Assembly (NCBI GenBank): GCA_964640155.1
Contig: CAZXEQ010000005.1
Location: 30,001 to 62,000 of the forward strand
DNA from: an uncultured bacterium
Lineage (GTDB): Bacteria; Auribacterota; JACPWU01
Length of the DNA: 32,000 nt
Direction of reading: 5' to 3'
Shown: one piece after another, positions 15,725 through 25,061 of the stretch
Position numbering within the stretch: the stretch's first letter is position 1
How the letters are laid out: each line of letters opens with the position of its first letter
The notes under the pieces: generated by a model
Database searches by the model: none
Told to the model about the DNA's origin: nothing
The model's input: only the letters and a program-made list of their open reading frames with translations
Made by a program: the position numbers and the translations under genes

Positions 15725-16987
15725 TTATCCAGCCTTTGAGATAGCTTCTTGAAGAATGGGAGGGAAAGCGGGTCTGGCAAAGTAAAAGCCTTGAGCATAC
15801 TCAATTCCTAATTTCATCAAAGTCATTGCTTCTTCCCTTTCTTCAACACCTTCAGCAATAATAGTTGCTTTTCGCATTTTGGAAAGTTTTATAAAAGCTT
15901 TAACCACATCTTGTTTCACAGAATGTAAATGAACTCCCCTCACAATCGATTGATCAATTTTAATATAATGAGGATCTAAAATTGCAATTGATTCCATCGA
16001 AGCATAACCACTTCCTGCATCATCAATCGCAAAAAAATAGCCTTGATCCTTCATCAATTTTACAATTTTTCGAAGTTGTTCAAAATCTTTAACAGCCTTG
16101 CGCTCTGTAATTTCAAAAACAAGTCGTCCAGGCTGACAACCTACTTCACGTAACATTTTCAATATTTCCTCAGGGTTTACTAACAACTCTGAATCAATAT
16201 TCAAGAAAAGCTTATAATGATTGGGAATAGCACGAGCTGCTTCCATCGCCGAAATTTTTGCAATGCGTTCTGCCTGTAAAAGAAATTTTCCTTTGGACGC
16301 AAGATTAAAAATTAAATCAGGATGATTAAAAGGAGAGCCTTCAGGTCCTCTGGCCAAAGCTTCATAACCTAGAATCATTCCTGTCTTTAAATGAATGATG
16401 GGTTGAAAAACCGTGCTCAAAAGCCCTTTATCAATAATTCGCTTTAATTCTGATGTTTTTCGTGGAACTTCAGAAAAACGCTGTTGCGCTGCAAAATCCA
16501 GGGCTTCACGAATACCTCGTGTAATAAGATTACCCGGAGAAAGTTCCTTTAACGGGGTAATAGAAGACCATCCTAAGAAAAAGTCAACCGGGTTTCCATG
16601 ATCAATTTCTGCATAGTCAGCAAAATATTTCGAAAGATTTTCTTGGAGAATATCTGCCGTATCATTTAGAAGTTCTTCCGTCCACTTTAATTTCTTCTCA
16701 TGAACAAGGAAGATAATAAAATCATCTCTCCACTGACGACAACTGGGGAAAACTCGAACTTCAGATGGGACTCTTAACTCTAATTCAAGGATGGCTTTTG
16801 CAGACATTCTAAAAAGATGATCAATCAACTGAGGCCCATGGAGATCTTCCATTTCCCAAAAACGTGACATATCTAAATAAAGAATGCCTATTGGCATACC
16901 CTCTGCCAAAGCACTTTCAACTTTAGAAATTGCCTTTTCTAGTTTTCCTATTTTTTTGAAAGGATCTGCCTCATTTGTTTTCTTCAT
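15725..16987 (-). CDS. degenerate-GGDEF + EAL domain protein (putative c-di-GMP phosphodiesterase)
   Basis: EAL-domain residues are present: GYEALARG, LFLNID, FEITER, IDDAGSGYAS, IKIDQS, AEGVE, AQGF. The N-terminal domain aligns to the GGDEF fold, but the GG(D/E)EF motif reads WRDDF (CRQWRDDFIIFL). Confidence 0.85.
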   Translation of the reverse strand: MKKTNEADPFKKIGKLEKAISKVESALAEGMPIGILYLDMSRFWEMEDLHGPQLIDHLFRMSAKAILELELRVPSEVRVFPSCRQWRDDFIIFLVHEKKLKWTEELLNDTADILQENLSKYFADYAEIDHGNPVDFFLGWSSITPLKELSPGNLITRGIREALDFAAQQRFSEVPRKTSELKRIIDKGLLSTVFQPIIHLKTGMILGYEALARGPEGSPFNHPDLIFNLASKGKFLLQAERIAKISAMEAARAIPNHYKLFLNIDSELLVNPEEILKMLREVGCQPGRLVFEITERKAVKDFEQLRKIVKLMKDQGYFFAIDDAGSGYASMESIAILDPHYIKIDQSIVRGVHLHSVKQDVVKAFIKLSKMRKATIIAEGVEEREEAMTLMKLGIEYAQGFYFARPAFPPILQEAISKAG

Positions 16988-17063
16988 AGATCAGCCCCAG
17001 CAAGGTCAATTATAGAACATTTTTGCTCACAAATCTACGAATAGGAATTCTTTTACCAGAGGA

Positions 17064-17504
17064 TTACATTTTAGCGATTGTTGCAACTGCTTGTAAAGCA
17101 AGAAGATAACTATTTTTACCAAAACCTGAGATCTGACCAACAACAATAGGCGCAATCAGGGACTTACGCCTAAATTCTTCTCGAGCATGAATGTTAGAGA
17201 GGTGAACTTCAACGGTAGGAATTTTCACGGCAGAAATGGCGTCCGCAATGGCGACACTGGTATGGGTATACGCTGCAGGATTAATAATCAAGAAATCATA
17301 CTTTTGTTTTATCAAAGAGCCAATTTTAGAAACGATTTCACCTTCATGGTCTGATTGAAAAAAATCTATTTCTAACTTTAAATCTCTCGCGGCTTTTCTT
17401 AAATCTTCATTAATCGTTTCAAGAGAGGTTCGCCCATAAATTTCAGGCTCTCTGTCTCCTAACAGAGCTAGATTAGGGCCATGAATAATCATCACTTTTT
17501 TCAT
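17064..17504 (-). CDS. aroQ: 3-dehydroquinate dehydratase, type II
   Basis: IHGPNLALLGDREPEIYG and HLSNIHAREEFRRKS are type II DHQase signatures. 146 aa. Confidence 0.95.
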   Translation of the reverse strand: MKKVMIIHGPNLALLGDREPEIYGRTSLETINEDLRKAARDLKLEIDFFQSDHEGEIVSKIGSLIKQKYDFLIINPAAYTHTSVAIADAISAVKIPTVEVHLSNIHAREEFRRKSLIAPIVVGQISGFGKNSYLLALQAVATIAKM

Positions 17505-17547
17505 AGGAATCTTTTCGGTAATTTCAAAACTAAAAAAGCTAAAAGAA

Positions 17548-19473
17548 TCATGTTTCTATTTTATTTTTTAGTGTTCTCATTTTGCTGCGCAACTGAAGAG
17601 AATCATTACCTAATTGACAGGCTTGTTTATATTCTACCAATGCTTCTTTATAGCGTCCAATGCTTTCATAAAATTGAGCTATTTTTTGATGGAATTGTGG
17701 ATTGGTTGAATAATTCTCCAAACTTTTTTTCAAACATTCTTCAATCTCACTTTGATAATCCTGACGATACACACGGCTTAAATAGCCATAGAACAAAGCC
17801 TCTTGATAAGGAAAAGAAGAATTAAAAGGATCTTGCTTACGGGCCGCCTGATAATGGAAACGTGCCCTATCCCAATCACCCATTTTCTGAGCAATAGAAG
17901 CTTTCAAGAAATGGGCATAGCCATTACGCGGATTTAATTCTAAGGACTGGTCGATCATCTTATTCGCAAAAGAATATTTTTTTTGTCCATGAGCCCTCAA
18001 AGCAGCTTCCCAAAAGCCATCGGCTTGATAAGGAGTTCTTACCCATAGAATAAGAGCAATCACCACTCCCTGCCCTATCAAAATTGCCAACATTTTAGAC
18101 CAAGACTTATTCAAATGAAGAGAAAAGGAGCGTAGCCTCCCACAAGATAACTCCAACAAGGCTAAAATGGACCAAGCCATGGTTGCCATTGAGGTTTCAT
18201 ATAAATCAAAATCAACCATGTTATGAATAAAAAATCCCAAAGCAGCTAACCAAATTGAAATCCGAAAAATTTTAGAGAATGATTGATTTTCTTCTCTTTT
18301 TAGAATTCGTATCAATCCTCGAAACAAAGGTAAAAACCAAATCACAAAGAAAATCAACCCTGCAATAATCCCTACCTCAGCTCCAATCTGAAGAAAACTT
18401 TGATGAGCCATGCGCGTTTCTTCTGCTCCAGGCCACTTATATCTTCCATAAATAGATCCGAATGAACCCGGCCCTACTCCTAACCAAGGGAAATCATGTA
18501 TCACGGCGCAGGCTGCTTTCCAATAATCCACACGAACTTGAAAAGAAAGTCCAGTTTTAATCCCCAAAATATCCATGTAAAATAAAACAAACCCTAGAAT
18601 GAAAGCTTCAAGAAGAAATCCACTCCAAAAAATGATTTTTTTGAATCGGCTTGGAGAGAATTTAAAAATTAGAATGTACGCAACCCATCGCATCAACAAA
18701 AAAACCAGGAACCCACCTTTGGAAAATGTAAAAAAGAAAGTACCTAGATAAAGAAGAGGGTATAAAACAGACATCAAAAAAGTCAAACCGATCCAATATG
18801 TTTTCTCAAAAAAGAAGAAAAGTAAAGCACCTAAAAAACCTGAAATGAGAACCAATGTTTGATGAAGTTTTTTATTAAACACTAGTAAAAACCCAAACGC
18901 TAAAGGAATGATCATTAATAGGTAGCCTGCTAAAGCATTTGGATAAATAAAAGTAGAAAAAATTCGAGAACTGGTAAGTCTAGCTTTAAAAGAATCGGGG
19001 AAATTCTCTAATTGAAAATGGGTCTGAACCCAGGCTCGAGTCTCTTCCAAACCAAAAAATCTCTGATATAAGCCAAAGAAACTCACCAAGCTTGCCCCTA
19101 TTAGTACTGCTGTCACTAATTTCCATCCTTCCCTTTCATCTGTGCACACTTGAAGCAAAAGAAAATAGGTCAACATACCCGTAATGATATTAAGAAAAAA
19201 CTGAACCCCTTCATTCCAATGAATGGAGTATCGCCATGAAACAAACGCTATCAGGACAAAAACAACATAAAGAAACAAAGATGAAGAATAACGAAAAATA
19301 ATTTTCCCAGAAAAAATGGATTTTAAAAACCAAACAAAAATTAAAAATAAAATACCCACAAAAAAAAGAAAATTTGAAGAAGGATACACCAGACCTGATT
19401 TGAGGGGTCTTACGATCAAAAAAATATATATGCCTAAAGATAAAAGTAATTTGAGAATTCGATCTGCAACCAT
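17548..19473 (-). CDS. O-antigen ligase/polymerase-like polytopic membrane protein fused to C-terminal TPR repeats
   Basis: About 12 TM segments, with a periplasmic-loop region (WLGVGPGSFGSIYGRYKWPGAEETRMAHQSFLQIGAEVG) of the Wzy_C/O-antigen-ligase type. The C-terminal ~150 aa are TPR-like (ALRAHGQKKYSFANKMIDQSLELNPRNGYAHF...). The track start at 19491 is a TTG; the first ATG is at 19473. Confidence 0.8.
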   Translation of the reverse strand: MVADRILKLLLSLGIYIFLIVRPLKSGLVYPSSNFLFFVGILFLIFVWFLKSIFSGKIIFRYSSSLFLYVVFVLIAFVSWRYSIHWNEGVQFFLNIITGMLTYFLLLQVCTDEREGWKLVTAVLIGASLVSFFGLYQRFFGLEETRAWVQTHFQLENFPDSFKARLTSSRIFSTFIYPNALAGYLLMIIPLAFGFLLVFNKKLHQTLVLISGFLGALLFFFFEKTYWIGLTFLMSVLYPLLYLGTFFFTFSKGGFLVFLLMRWVAYILIFKFSPSRFKKIIFWSGFLLEAFILGFVLFYMDILGIKTGLSFQVRVDYWKAACAVIHDFPWLGVGPGSFGSIYGRYKWPGAEETRMAHQSFLQIGAEVGIIAGLIFFVIWFLPLFRGLIRILKREENQSFSKIFRISIWLAALGFFIHNMVDFDLYETSMATMAWSILALLELSCGRLRSFSLHLNKSWSKMLAILIGQGVVIALILWVRTPYQADGFWEAALRAHGQKKYSFANKMIDQSLELNPRNGYAHFLKASIAQKMGDWDRARFHYQAARKQDPFNSSFPYQEALFYGYLSRVYRQDYQSEIEECLKKSLENYSTNPQFHQKIAQFYESIGRYKEALVEYKQACQLGNDSLQLRSKMRTLKNKIET

Positions 19474-19533
19474 TTCGTTTCCAGTCCCCAATTTTCAGTT
19501 AACGTGTTAGCTTTTCGCAAACTGACTCACAGA

Positions 19534-20625
19534 TCAATTCATCTTTTTTCTTCCAAAATATTCCAAAAGTCCTACACAAGCAGCAAAAGTAAATGCTTGA
19601 AGTAAAATCAAAGAAATTCCTTGCTTCCCCACCATCCCCATGAGAAGAGCAGACAGTCCAAAAACAAAGGTAATCAGATAAAGAAATAAAACGGCCCCTT
19701 TCTGAGTCATGCCCAAAGCCATCAAACGGTGCGAAAAATGCTGACGATCTCCTTGAAAAATAGATCGTCCTTCATAAGTCCGAATCAGAATCACACTACA
19801 AAGATCATAAATAGGAAGCCCCAAAATGAGAACCGGCATAAAAACAGCAAATGAAGATTCTCCCTTATAATAATAAGTTCCTAAAATGGTGACACTGGAC
19901 ATCAAAAAGCCAATGAAATAGCTTCCAGCATCCCCCATAAAAATTTTCGCTGGATGAAAATTAAAAATAAGAAATCCCAAAATAGAACCCGCAAAAACAC
20001 AAAGAAAAACACTCACAAAATATTGATTTTCTGAAATGGAAATGCAGAGTAAAAAGCAAGTTGCAATAAAAGCAACTCCAGCTGAAAGACCATCCATATT
20101 GTCTAAAAGATTAAAAGCATTGGTAATAGCCACGACCCAAAGAATGGTTAAGAAAAAACTTAAAGCTAAATTGGGACTAAAAAAGGTGATTCGAACTCCA
20201 GCAAAGAATAAAATAGATGCTGCCAGCATTTGAACCATCAGCTTTGGCCATGATCCTAAATCTTTAAAATCATCAATCAGTCCAACAATAAATACAATTA
20301 ATCCACCCAAGAAAATTGCCAATAAACGATGAGAAATACGAAAGATATTCGAAACATAAGTAAGTAACTCATGGGGTAAAAATTTTTCCGAAAATGAAAC
20401 ACGCGATAACATTTTCAAAAAAATCATATTAAATAAAAGAGTTAAAAAAAAAGCTAATAGAATTCCTAAGCCTCCTAGAAGAGGAACCGATTGAGTTTGT
20501 ATTTTTCTTGGACCCGGATCATCTAAGATTTTAAATTTCAAAGATAATTTTCTGACTCCATAAACCAATAATAGAGATAATAAGAATGAAAAAGCAGCGC
20601 TATAAAGGTATATCCATGACCACAT
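19534..20625 (-). CDS. polyprenyl-phosphate HexNAc-1-phosphate transferase (MraY/WecA family)
   Basis: Polytopic membrane protein with NAFNLLDNMDGLSAG and FMGDAGSYFIGF motifs, characteristic of the family. Confidence 0.85.
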   Translation of the reverse strand: MWSWIYLYSAAFSFLLSLLLVYGVRKLSLKFKILDDPGPRKIQTQSVPLLGGLGILLAFFLTLLFNMIFLKMLSRVSFSEKFLPHELLTYVSNIFRISHRLLAIFLGGLIVFIVGLIDDFKDLGSWPKLMVQMLAASILFFAGVRITFFSPNLALSFFLTILWVVAITNAFNLLDNMDGLSAGVAFIATCFLLCISISENQYFVSVFLCVFAGSILGFLIFNFHPAKIFMGDAGSYFIGFLMSSVTILGTYYYKGESSFAVFMPVLILGLPIYDLCSVILIRTYEGRSIFQGDRQHFSHRLMALGMTQKGAVLFLYLITFVFGLSALLMGMVGKQGISLILLQAFTFAACVGLLEYFGRKKMN

Positions 20626-20665
20626 TGAAAAATCCTTTCTCAGTGATGCCCATTGTCCAAAGACT

Positions 20666-21838
20666 CTACACAGTTTTCAAAAGTTTTTGATACAACTCGT
20701 CTATTCTATTCACCATATATTCTTTTCTAAAATAAGGGTCAACCCCCTTTGGACCTTGCCTCGACATCGTTTCACGAAGATGTGAATTTTTTAAAAGTTT
20801 CATCAAGCTATCTTCAAGCGCAAGAGCATCACATGCAGGGACTAAAAAACCGTTAATCCCATCACGAATGACTTCACGTGTCCCATCTAAATCAAAAGCC
20901 ACCACAGGTTTGCCAGAAGCCAAGGCCTGAGGTAAAACTTTGGCAAGACCCTCTCTTAAAGAAACATGCACTACGATATCCATAGCTGCAATAGCTTCTG
21001 GTATTTCTTCAGGTTGAATCAGTCCTGCAAAAATAAAATGGTCTTGTAATTTCAGATCTTTAATTTTATTTTCCAAAGTTTCTTTTAAAACTCCATCTCC
21101 AATCAAAAGAAATTTGGCATGAGGAAACTCCTTAACAATCTTAGCCGCAGCACGAATTAAATACTCATGCCCTTTCAAATGAAAGAGACGAGCAATCTTT
21201 CCAATGACAAGATCATTTTCCTTCAACCCCCATTTCTGTCTGACTTTTTGACGATCACCATCTTGACGCAAGAAAAGTGAAAGATCCATACCGCTACGAA
21301 CACAAGTAAAATGACCCTCGGGAGCAACATGCGCCTCAACAGCTTGAGCGGTCATCGCATCTGCAACGGTGATAATTTTAGCCGTAAATTGAGCACAAAA
21401 GCGCTCTAATTTCTGATAAAAAAGGTTGGTAAAATGATTCTGAAATGCATGAAATGGCAACCCATGAATGGTATGAATAATCACCGGTATATGAGCCCAA
21501 GCAGCAGCCATTCGAGCTAAAATTCCTGCTTTTGAACTATGGGTATGAACAATATCAAATTTCTCTTTTTTAAAAAATCGATAGAGACTAATTAAGGTAA
21601 AAATATCAAAAAAAGGATTAATATTTCGACGCAAATAGGGTTCAATCACAAATCGAAATTTACTAGAATCTTGAATTTTTTCTTTTAAATCTCCTTCAGG
21701 TCCACTTTCTGGACCAGAGACCAAGGTCACCTCATAGGCTTCTTTATCAGCAAGACCTTCCACTGTAAAAAGGGTATTTTCTTGTGCTCCCCCAATAATC
21801 ATACGGGTAATAACGTGACAAACTTTAATCTTTTTCAT
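20666..21838 (-). CDS. GT-B glycosyltransferase (family 4-like)
   Basis: N-terminal ITRMIIGGAQ and a C-terminal sugar-donor domain with REGLAKVLPQALASGKPVVAFDLDG. It overlaps the upstream gene by 14 nt. Confidence 0.85.
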   Translation of the reverse strand: MKKIKVCHVITRMIIGGAQENTLFTVEGLADKEAYEVTLVSGPESGPEGDLKEKIQDSSKFRFVIEPYLRRNINPFFDIFTLISLYRFFKKEKFDIVHTHSSKAGILARMAAAWAHIPVIIHTIHGLPFHAFQNHFTNLFYQKLERFCAQFTAKIITVADAMTAQAVEAHVAPEGHFTCVRSGMDLSLFLRQDGDRQKVRQKWGLKENDLVIGKIARLFHLKGHEYLIRAAAKIVKEFPHAKFLLIGDGVLKETLENKIKDLKLQDHFIFAGLIQPEEIPEAIAAMDIVVHVSLREGLAKVLPQALASGKPVVAFDLDGTREVIRDGINGFLVPACDALALEDSLMKLLKNSHLRETMSRQGPKGVDPYFRKEYMVNRIDELYQKLLKTV

Positions 21839-23780
21839 TTCGTATATGATAAATCTCTATTCCTGTTTTAGAGTCCTGAAAAATGAGTTTCGCAAAGTGA
21901 TCAATAAAATTTTTGAGCGATGCCGTATCCATCTTATCACGCCAGCCCGGAAAAGAACGATCCAAACGCAAAATTTCTCTTGGATTGATTAAAATATAAT
22001 GAACTTTCTTTAATCGAAAACGTTTTAAAATTTCATCATTATCCCGAGCCCCCTCCAAAAATGAAACAATCTCCGGCAGATCAAACGGTGTTGAAGCAAG
22101 TGCTTCTTCCCTCAAATAAAATGTCCTTGCTTCTCCTATAAAAAGAACTTTTTCTGTGGGCTGCATGATACGGTTTAAAAAATGGATAGAAGAATAATGA
22201 GGCAATTTTTCAATAAGATATTCATGGAGTGAAGTTAAACCCCAAAAATATCTGGGGATATTCGAATTTTCTAAGAATATTGCCATCGAAGCGATATTCC
22301 ATAAGGCAAACACACCCAACACACATCCTGTGATTTTTTTTAAAAATAAAGAAATTGGTTCATGCAATAAAGAAACAGAAACAGCTATTGCTAAAGCAGG
22401 AAAAACAGGCAGAAGAAATCGCGCATCACCTGTTGTCTTAAAAAAACCAAGCACATATCCTATCAAGACATAAAAAAATAAATTTTGAATTCGCTTGTCT
22501 TTTAATTTCATTAAAATAAAAGGCAAGCCCACATACGCCATAGGTCTAAAACAACTCCCCTTCTCAATCATATAAAAAGGAGCACTCCAGGCGTGACTCT
22601 TTAAATTTAGGGATAATGTATGATAATGAGTTGTTAAACGCTGATACAAATCTAATGTCCAAAGAGAACTTTTAAAAAAAGGAAAACCAAAGGGGAAAAT
22701 AGGATCTCCTGTTTGAATAAAACTTCTGAACCACCACGGCAAAGCGATCATAGAAGAAACAAAAATAAAAATAAGGCTATTTTTAAATGCCAAACCTTTT
22801 TCTTTGTGAGAGAAGAAATTGCATATCCAGACAGCTCCCAATCCTCCCCAAACATAGAGAATTGCCGTGTGTTTTGTCCCCAATGCCAACCCTGCGAATA
22901 AACCACTTAATAGATATTTCCTCCATCCCCCTTCAAAAAATAAAATCATAGAGGCCGTAGAGAAGAATAGCAGTCCCACATCAGATTTTCCCGTCCAAGC
23001 TGTATCAGCAAGGTGAATCGAACAAAGAAGCAACACACTCGCAAGGAGTCCTGCTTTTCTCCCCCAATGTTCACGACTGTATTGATAAACAAGAAGTCCT
23101 GTCAGAATTACAAACAGAAAATTAAAATACTTAATAAACTCTAATTTTCCTAAGACTAAAGAAGCCGCATATAACATCTCAACATTCAAAGGGAAATGAG
23201 AAAACATATGATGTGGCAATGAAGTCACTGCACCTGTTTTCGCATATAAGTCTGCTAAAGCAACATGGTATTCCAAAGAATCATAGTCAACAACAGGACC
23301 AAACGCCCCTATCGCTAATAGAATGAGAGAGAAAAATAAAACAGCATACAAGATTTTTGAATAGACATCTGTGCTTCCAGAATTCGAGAAATTTCTTATC
23401 GATTCACGAATATTTTGAGCAATCGAGTATCCTTCTCTCCAACAAAACAGAAGAATGAAAGAAAAAAATATTGTTAAAGATTCAACATTGAGTTTTCTTA
23501 AAAGACCTATACCTAAAATATAGAGACACCATAAACCAAGCCCGATGCCAATCGAGTAACTGAGTCTTTTCTTGTCATCATTCCATCTCAAAAAACTTAA
23601 GATTTTAGACCCCAATAGACCACAAATAAAAATACATGCAACAAATTGAAAGAGACTTTGTAAACGATCCCAAAGAAGAAAAGAAAATCCTGTTCCCCAG
23701 TCATTGAGTACAAGAGCTTTAACAAGAAAAACCATCCAAACACTTGTTAACAATAAAACAAATAGTTGTTTTATTTTCAC
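21825..23780 (-). CDS. polytopic GT-C-type glycosyltransferase (ArnT/PMT-like)
   Basis: More than 10 TM helices, followed by a soluble C-terminal domain of about 150 aa. The early loop VDYDSLEYH resembles the acidic-loop motif of GT-C enzymes. The GTG start overlaps the upstream stop as GTGA. Confidence 0.6.
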   Translation of the reverse strand: MKIKQLFVLLLTSVWMVFLVKALVLNDWGTGFSFLLWDRLQSLFQFVACIFICGLLGSKILSFLRWNDDKKRLSYSIGIGLGLWCLYILGIGLLRKLNVESLTIFFSFILLFCWREGYSIAQNIRESIRNFSNSGSTDVYSKILYAVLFFSLILLAIGAFGPVVDYDSLEYHVALADLYAKTGAVTSLPHHMFSHFPLNVEMLYAASLVLGKLEFIKYFNFLFVILTGLLVYQYSREHWGRKAGLLASVLLLCSIHLADTAWTGKSDVGLLFFSTASMILFFEGGWRKYLLSGLFAGLALGTKHTAILYVWGGLGAVWICNFFSHKEKGLAFKNSLIFIFVSSMIALPWWFRSFIQTGDPIFPFGFPFFKSSLWTLDLYQRLTTHYHTLSLNLKSHAWSAPFYMIEKGSCFRPMAYVGLPFILMKLKDKRIQNLFFYVLIGYVLGFFKTTGDARFLLPVFPALAIAVSVSLLHEPISLFLKKITGCVLGVFALWNIASMAIFLENSNIPRYFWGLTSLHEYLIEKLPHYSSIHFLNRIMQPTEKVLFIGEARTFYLREEALASTPFDLPEIVSFLEGARDNDEILKRFRLKKVHYILINPREILRLDRSFPGWRDKMDTASLKNFIDHFAKLIFQDSKTGIEIYHIRNEKD

Positions 23781-24901
23781 AAAATTCCTTTCTTTAAAAC
23801 CAAATATTCATAAAGAGATTTTGTTTTCAGAACCATTTTCTCTTGAGTAAATTGTTCTTTCACTCTTCGTTGTGCGTTCTGAATTAGCTTTTCTCGGAGT
23901 GTATCATTTTTTAAAATCTCTAAAATCGCATGGTTTAATGCCAAAGGATTTTTAGGAGGGATCAAAAATCCTGTTTTTTCATGTTCCACGATTTCTGGGA
24001 CACCTCCCACATTTGTTGCAATTACAGGGATACCCCAAGCCATCGCCTCCAGAATAGAAACGGGAAATCCTTCCCATTCAGAAGGGAGAACAAAAATATC
24101 CATAAGATTGAGAGCCTCATAAATCAACGAAACTCGACCTAAAAAATGAAAGTGCAAAGCGATGCCTCTTTTTTGAACTTGTTCTTCATATTGAACTTTT
24201 TCACAGCCCTCTCCAACAAAGATAAAATGAAGATCTGATCTTTCCTTGAGCAAAAATTCAGTCATCTCAATAAAACAAGCATGCCCTTTCATTCCCCGAA
24301 AATTTGCAACCATCCCTATCACTTTTTTATCTTCAAAGTCCATTTCTTTTTTTGAAGACTTGATCTCATTTATTTTTGGAATTTCTGAAAAATCAAGACC
24401 ATTGTAAACAACTTCTATTTTTTGAGGACTGATTTTTTCTATTTGCTCCAACCGTTCTTTCCCTGCCTGACTATTCGAAATAATTAAATCACAATACCGA
24501 GACGTCCAACGATCTAATAGCACATGATATTTTTTTCTCCAGTGATCCACACTACGCTGCGACGAAACAATAATTGGAATCCCTAAAAGCCTTCCTAAAA
24601 CTCTTCCTAAAATATTGGCATGGAAAAGAAACGTATGCAAAATACCAAAGTGGCCTCGCTTTAAAAAACGTATCAATCGAATTAAAGCTTTAAAATCAAA
24701 AATAGATTTTGCTTTTAAATTCAAAACTTCCAAACAAAAAGGTTTAACCTGATTGATTAAGGTATCATCTCCCATCAACGTGACTAAACTTATAGAATAT
24801 TCTGAATGACTCAAACCTTGAATTAAAGTCTTAATCATTTTTTCTGTTCCACCCCAAGAAGAATCTGTCGCTAAAATACAAATTTTTTTTGAGAGAGACA
24901 T
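23777..24901 (-). CDS. GT-B glycosyltransferase (family 4-like)
   Basis: WEGFPVSILEAMAWGIPVIATNVGGVPEIV (E-x7-E region). The track ORF starts at a GTG at 25018, inside repeat D. The ATG at 24901 gives MSLSKKICILATDSSWGGTEK, the normal GT-B N-terminus. Confidence 0.85.
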   Translation of the reverse strand: MSLSKKICILATDSSWGGTEKMIKTLIQGLSHSEYSISLVTLMGDDTLINQVKPFCLEVLNLKAKSIFDFKALIRLIRFLKRGHFGILHTFLFHANILGRVLGRLLGIPIIVSSQRSVDHWRKKYHVLLDRWTSRYCDLIISNSQAGKERLEQIEKISPQKIEVVYNGLDFSEIPKINEIKSSKKEMDFEDKKVIGMVANFRGMKGHACFIEMTEFLLKERSDLHFIFVGEGCEKVQYEEQVQKRGIALHFHFLGRVSLIYEALNLMDIFVLPSEWEGFPVSILEAMAWGIPVIATNVGGVPEIVEHEKTGFLIPPKNPLALNHAILEILKNDTLREKLIQNAQRRVKEQFTQEKMVLKTKSLYEYLVLKKGIL

Positions 24902-24920
24902 ATCAATCCCATTTACCAAC

Positions 24921-25041
24921 AAAGCATGTTTTTTCAAAAAGTACCGGGGCCTGCCGCTCGTCAGCCCCATCGTGCTCATCAAAAGTTGCGCTCGATGGGG
25001 CCCCCCGCCGAGCGTCACCCGTATCTATATGCCCACACTTT
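24921..25041 (-). repeat. GC-rich hairpin repeat, copy D
   Basis: The core at 24944-25022 has reverse complement acgggtgacgctcggcggggggccccatcgagcgcaacttttgatgagcacgatggggctgacgagcggcaggccccgg. The flank aaagcatgttttttcaaaaagta matches the copy B flank. The outer inverted repeat is aaagcatg / cacacttt. Confidence 0.85.
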
Positions 25042-25061
25042 AATCACAAATTTACTCATAT

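Noticed and set aside
17481-17825. 114-aa plus-strand ORF spanning the aroQ start and the tail of the O-antigen-ligase-like gene.
   Set aside because: It is antisense to two well-supported genes and its composition is AT-driven and low-complexity.
704-25041. The four GC-rich repeats as a CRISPR array or as integron attC sites.
   Set aside because: The copies are kilobases apart, lie in both orientations and sit between housekeeping genes. There is no regular repeat-spacer structure, no cas or intI gene, and no RYYYAAC/GTTRRRY ends.
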